Source: a virus (taxonomy: Duplodnaviria; Heunggongvirae; Uroviricota; Caudoviricetes). Taken from it: 7,944 nucleotides of DNA. The stretch lies in IMG/VR virus record IMGVR_UViG_2585427761_000003, positions 1-7,944 of that record. One strand, 5' to 3'. The notes beneath the pieces are model-generated. The model saw only the letters and a program-made list of their open reading frames with translations. It made no database searches and had not been told where the DNA came from. Made by a program: the position numbers and the translations under genes. This document shows, piece after piece, positions 6,023 to 7,944 of the stretch; within the stretch, counting starts at the first letter, position 1; each line of letters opens with the position of its first letter.

Positions 6023-6102
6023 CCTGGCCTGAAGCATTCACAACGGTAGGAATTGCGATGGCGGTGGCGCTGGTGGTGTATTCGATTTGCCGCTGGGGAT
6101 AA
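6019..6102 (+). CDS. putative 27-aa hydrophobic peptide, translationally coupled to the upstream gene
   Basis: ATG 6019-6021 overlaps the upstream stop TGA (6020-6022). Encodes [27 protein letters not shown], stop TAA 6100-6102. One potential membrane helix. Last ORF before the terminator. Below the size cutoff of the ORF track, so support is purely positional and compositional. Confidence 0.3.
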   Translation: MTWPEAFTTVGIAMAVALVVYSICRWG

Positions 6103-6109
6103 ATCGCCG

Positions 6110-6150
6110 AAAAAAGATCCCGACATAAACATGAGCCGGGATCTTTGATT
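6110..6150. terminator. bidirectional rho-independent terminator between convergent operons
   Basis: 10-bp perfect stem AAAGATCCCG (6113-6122) / CGGGATCTTT (6137-6146) with a 14-nt loop. On the minus strand the hairpin is followed by TTTTTT; on the plus strand by TTTGATTTAT. Lies between the end of the rightward operon (6102) and the end of parE (6228). Confidence 0.7.
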
Positions 6151-6227
6151 TATATAGCCTACGAATCCGCCAGTAAGAGAGGGGGGCGGACGGTTAATTC
6201 TAACACCGGAATGATGTGGGTAAAAGT

Positions 6228-6527
6228 TTATAAGAAATCGGTTTCATAACTTTGCCCACCATGATAGATACCGACAATAAAGACTTTTCTGCTATCAACG
6301 GCAAAAGCAATAATCGTTCTGTGGCGGAAATGAGTTACCCGCATCCCCTGGCGAATATCATCGCGTTTATTGCCCCGATGCGGGAATGTAGAAAACCCAT
6401 CAAGATAATCAAGAAGCGCATTGGCATAATTGTCAGCAATGACGTTCCCTGCTTTCTCCGTTATATACCTGTGCAGGTTGATTATTTGTTGTTCGGCCTC
6501 AGGAGTAATGATGACTTCATATGTCAT
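6228..6527 (-). CDS. parE: ParE/RelE-superfamily type II toxin (99 aa)
   Basis: ORF-track ORF. Starts 5 nt after the stop of a ParD-like RHH antitoxin gene on the same strand. Size and sequence (MTYEVIITPEAEQQI...RVTHFRHRTIIAFAVDSRKVFIVGIYHGGQ) fit the ParE/RelE fold pattern. Confidence 0.85.
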   Translation of the reverse strand: MTYEVIITPEAEQQIINLHRYITEKAGNVIADNYANALLDYLDGFSTFPHRGNKRDDIRQGMRVTHFRHRTIIAFAVDSRKVFIVGIYHGGQSYETDFL

Positions 6528-6532
6528 GCAGA

Positions 6533-6790
6533 TTACTTCCCGGATCGAATCGCGGCGCGAACCTGTGAAATGGAGCGTCCGTTGTTTGGGTTTTCGCGGA
6601 TAGAATCAAGAGAGGGGGCGGCTGAATGCGTTAACCACGCTTCGATTGCTTTATCGCGCTCATTCAGTGCGCGAAGCCCTTCACGAATGACCTCGCTTTC
6701 TGAAGCATAGGCACCGGAAGCCACACGGGCGCGCACCATGTCAGCCATTTCGTTAGTTAATGTAATGCTGAATTGTTGGGTTGTACGCAT
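6533..6790 (-). CDS. parD: ParD-family (ribbon-helix-helix) antitoxin, 85 aa
   Basis: ORF-track ORF 6533..6853 trimmed to ATG 6790-6788, which has SD GAGG with 6-nt spacing; the 21-aa upstream extension is Ser/Gly-rich and unprotein-like. MRTTQQFSITLTNEMADMVRARVASGAYASESEVIREGLRALNERDKAIEAWL matches the ParD pattern (N-terminal beta-strand, G-x-Y-x-S-x-SEV-R-x-x-LR-x-L). Confidence 0.85.
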   Translation of the reverse strand: MRTTQQFSITLTNEMADMVRARVASGAYASESEVIREGLRALNERDKAIEAWLTHSAAPSLDSIRENPNNGRSISQVRAAIRSGK

Positions 6791-6925
6791 GGTAAACCTC
6801 ACGGAGTAGGATAGAACACCATTCGATGATAGCACGTTGCCTGTTGACGACAACAGAAATCAGAGACAATATTGCCGCACGCCAGCTTGAACAACTGGCA
6901 CCTGCTGCGCCAGCAGAGAAAACCG
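6791..6925. promoter_or_regulatory. putative parDE promoter/operator and divergent rightward promoter
   Basis: Minus strand: -35 TTGTCG (6853-6848), 16-nt spacer, -10 TATCAT (6831-6826). Inverted repeat CTGTTG-acga-CAACAG (6841-6856) overlaps this -35 and also a plus-strand TTGACG (6844-6849). A palindrome over the promoter fits RHH antitoxin autoregulation. Hexamer assignments are weak. Confidence 0.35.
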
Positions 6926-7198
6926 ATGGCGCACAATACCAAACATCACAATTCTGATATCGCCCCTGCCAGCAGGCAAGGGCGGTGTTCTCACACATTC
7001 AAATATGACTGGTATCAGCACGATCCCTGCACTGAAGAACAGGCCGAATGGCTGATTCATAACTACCGCAGACGTGGGTATGAGTTTAAGAAAGCCCTTA
7101 GCCTCGACTACCGTCACTGGATAATCTACGTCAGGCTCCTTTATTCCGAACGCCCGCCGCGTCCGTCCCGCACATTCCAGCAACGCATCTGGAGGTAA
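6926..7198 (+). CDS. hypothetical protein (90 aa from ATG 6926; 108 aa if TTG 6872 is used)
   Basis: ORF-track ORF 6872..7198 begins at a TTG. ATG 6926 keeps the start outside the putative divergent promoter region. Rich in aromatic and basic residues, Cys/His at the N-terminus (CSHTFKYDWYQHDPC). Stop is 1 nt before the GTG start of the DUF968-like gene. No family recognised. Confidence 0.45.
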   Translation: MAHNTKHHNSDIAPASRQGRCSHTFKYDWYQHDPCTEEQAEWLIHNYRRRGYEFKKALSLDYRHWIIYVRLLYSERPPRPSRTFQQRIWR

Positions 7199-7199
7199 C

Positions 7200-7944
7200 G
7201 TGCGGGTATTACTTCGACCTGTTCTGGTACCGGAACTCGGGCTGGTGATCGTTAAGCCGGGCCGTGAATCCATGCCGGTATTCCACAATACCCGGGTACT
7301 GGTGGAGCCGGAACCGAAAAGCATGCGTAATCTGCCGTCCGGGGTTGTTCCTGCCGTTCGCCAGCCGCTAGTGGAAGACAAAACATTGCTGCCGTTTTTC
7401 AGTAACGCACGGGTGATTCGTGCTGCTGGTGGTGCTGGTGCATTGTCTGACTGGCTGTTGCGCCATATTAAATCCTGCCAGTGGCCACACGGCGATTATC
7501 ATCACAGCGAAACCGTCATTCACCGTTATGGTACCGGCGCAATGGTGTTGTGCTGGCACTGCGACAACCAGCTGCGCGACCAGACATCCGAATCACTCGG
7601 GCAGCTTGCTCAACAAAATCTGACAGCCTGGATGATTGACGTCATCGGTCACGCAATAAGCGGTACGCAGGAGCGTGAATTATCTCTGGCTGAATTATCC
7701 TGGTGGGCGGTCCGCAATCAGGTGGCGGACGCGCTACCGGAAGCGGTATTACGTCGTTCGCTGGGGTTGCGTGCGGAAAAAATCCGCTCAATGTACCGTG
7801 AAAGCGACATCGTGCCGGGAGAGCAGACCGCCACCAGCATACTGAAACAGCGCACAAAAAATCTTGCGCCGCTGCCTCACGCCCACCAGCAACAGAACCC
7901 ACCACAGGAAAAGACGGTGGTCAGCATTGCCGTTGATCCTGAGT
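7200..7944 (+). CDS. DUF968-like prophage protein, 3'-truncated by window edge; possible HNH-like Cys/His motif
   Basis: Not in the ORF track. Frame opens at GTG 7200 (the first possible start after the in-frame stop at 7122-7124), SD GGAGG (7191-7195), and I translated 248 codons to the window end without a stop. Begins VRVLLRPVLVPELGLVIVKPGRESMPVFHNT, which matches my recollection of DUF968 N-termini. Contains CQWPHGDYHHSETVIHRYGTGAMVLCWHCDN. The minus-strand ORFs listed here (6860..7381, 7368..7559, 7642..7905) have low-complexity translations and are treated as antisense artefacts. Confidence 0.7.
   Translation, partial: MRVLLRPVLVPELGLVIVKPGRESMPVFHNTRVLVEPEPKSMRNLPSGVVPAVRQPLVEDKTLLPFFSNARVIRAAGGAGALSDWLLRHIKSCQWPHGDYHHSETVIHRYGTGAMVLCWHCDNQLRDQTSESLGQLAQQNLTAWMIDVIGHAISGTQERELSLAELSWWAVRNQVADALPEAVLRRSLGLRAEKIRSMYRESDIVPGEQTATSILKQRTKNLAPLPHAHQQQNPPQEKTVVSIAVDPE

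Noticed and set aside
6252-6710. 152-aa plus-strand ORF
   Set aside because: Entirely antisense to the ParE and ParD genes, which have clear family signatures and correct operon spacing.
6860-7381. 173-aa minus-strand ORF (also 7368..7559 and 7642..7905 minus, 7420..7623 plus)
   Set aside because: Ser/Thr/Gly/Arg-rich low-complexity translations overlapping the plus-strand DUF968-like frame, which has a recognisable N-terminus, SD and 248 stop-free codons.
1-7944. tRNA, attachment site, integrase, IS element or transposase
   Set aside because: No cloverleaf-like conserved tRNA segments, no terminal inverted repeats flanking a transposase-like ORF, and no integrase-like ORF. The window appears to lie wholly inside the prophage early region.

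Overview
This window reads as the early region (immunity switch, replication module, nin-like accessory region) of a Rac-type lambdoid prophage from an enterobacterium. All family assignments are from reading the translations and recalled motifs; no database search was run. Left to right: (1) a 3'-truncated minus-strand gene with its own promoter, sitting downstream of the repressor behind a strong terminator (rex-like moron position); (2) a short XRE-type HTH repressor on the minus strand, divergent from (3) a Cro-like YdaS-family gene and a YdaT-family (CII-position) gene, separated by a 103-bp switch region with back-to-back promoters and an 11-bp perfect palindrome; (4) a replication initiator gene carrying two arrays of 10-bp-phased GTCACG iterons (putative origin inside the gene), followed by a clear DnaC-like helicase loader; (5) a run of translationally coupled small genes including a DUF4406-like (nucleoside 2-deoxyribosyltransferase-fold) protein; (6) an AT-rich insert with a small membrane protein, an HNH endonuclease, a hypothetical protein and a 27-aa hydrophobic peptide, closed by a bidirectional terminator; (7) a convergent ParD/ParE toxin-antitoxin pair on the minus strand; (8) a small hypothetical ORF and a 3'-truncated DUF968-like gene with a GTG start, absent from the ORF track. 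No tRNA, rRNA, CRISPR array, integrase or IS element was seen. The strongest candidates for uncharacterised biology are the terminator-insulated gene next to the repressor, the DUF4406-containing operon, and the AT-rich HNH cassette; all functional proposals for them are inference.
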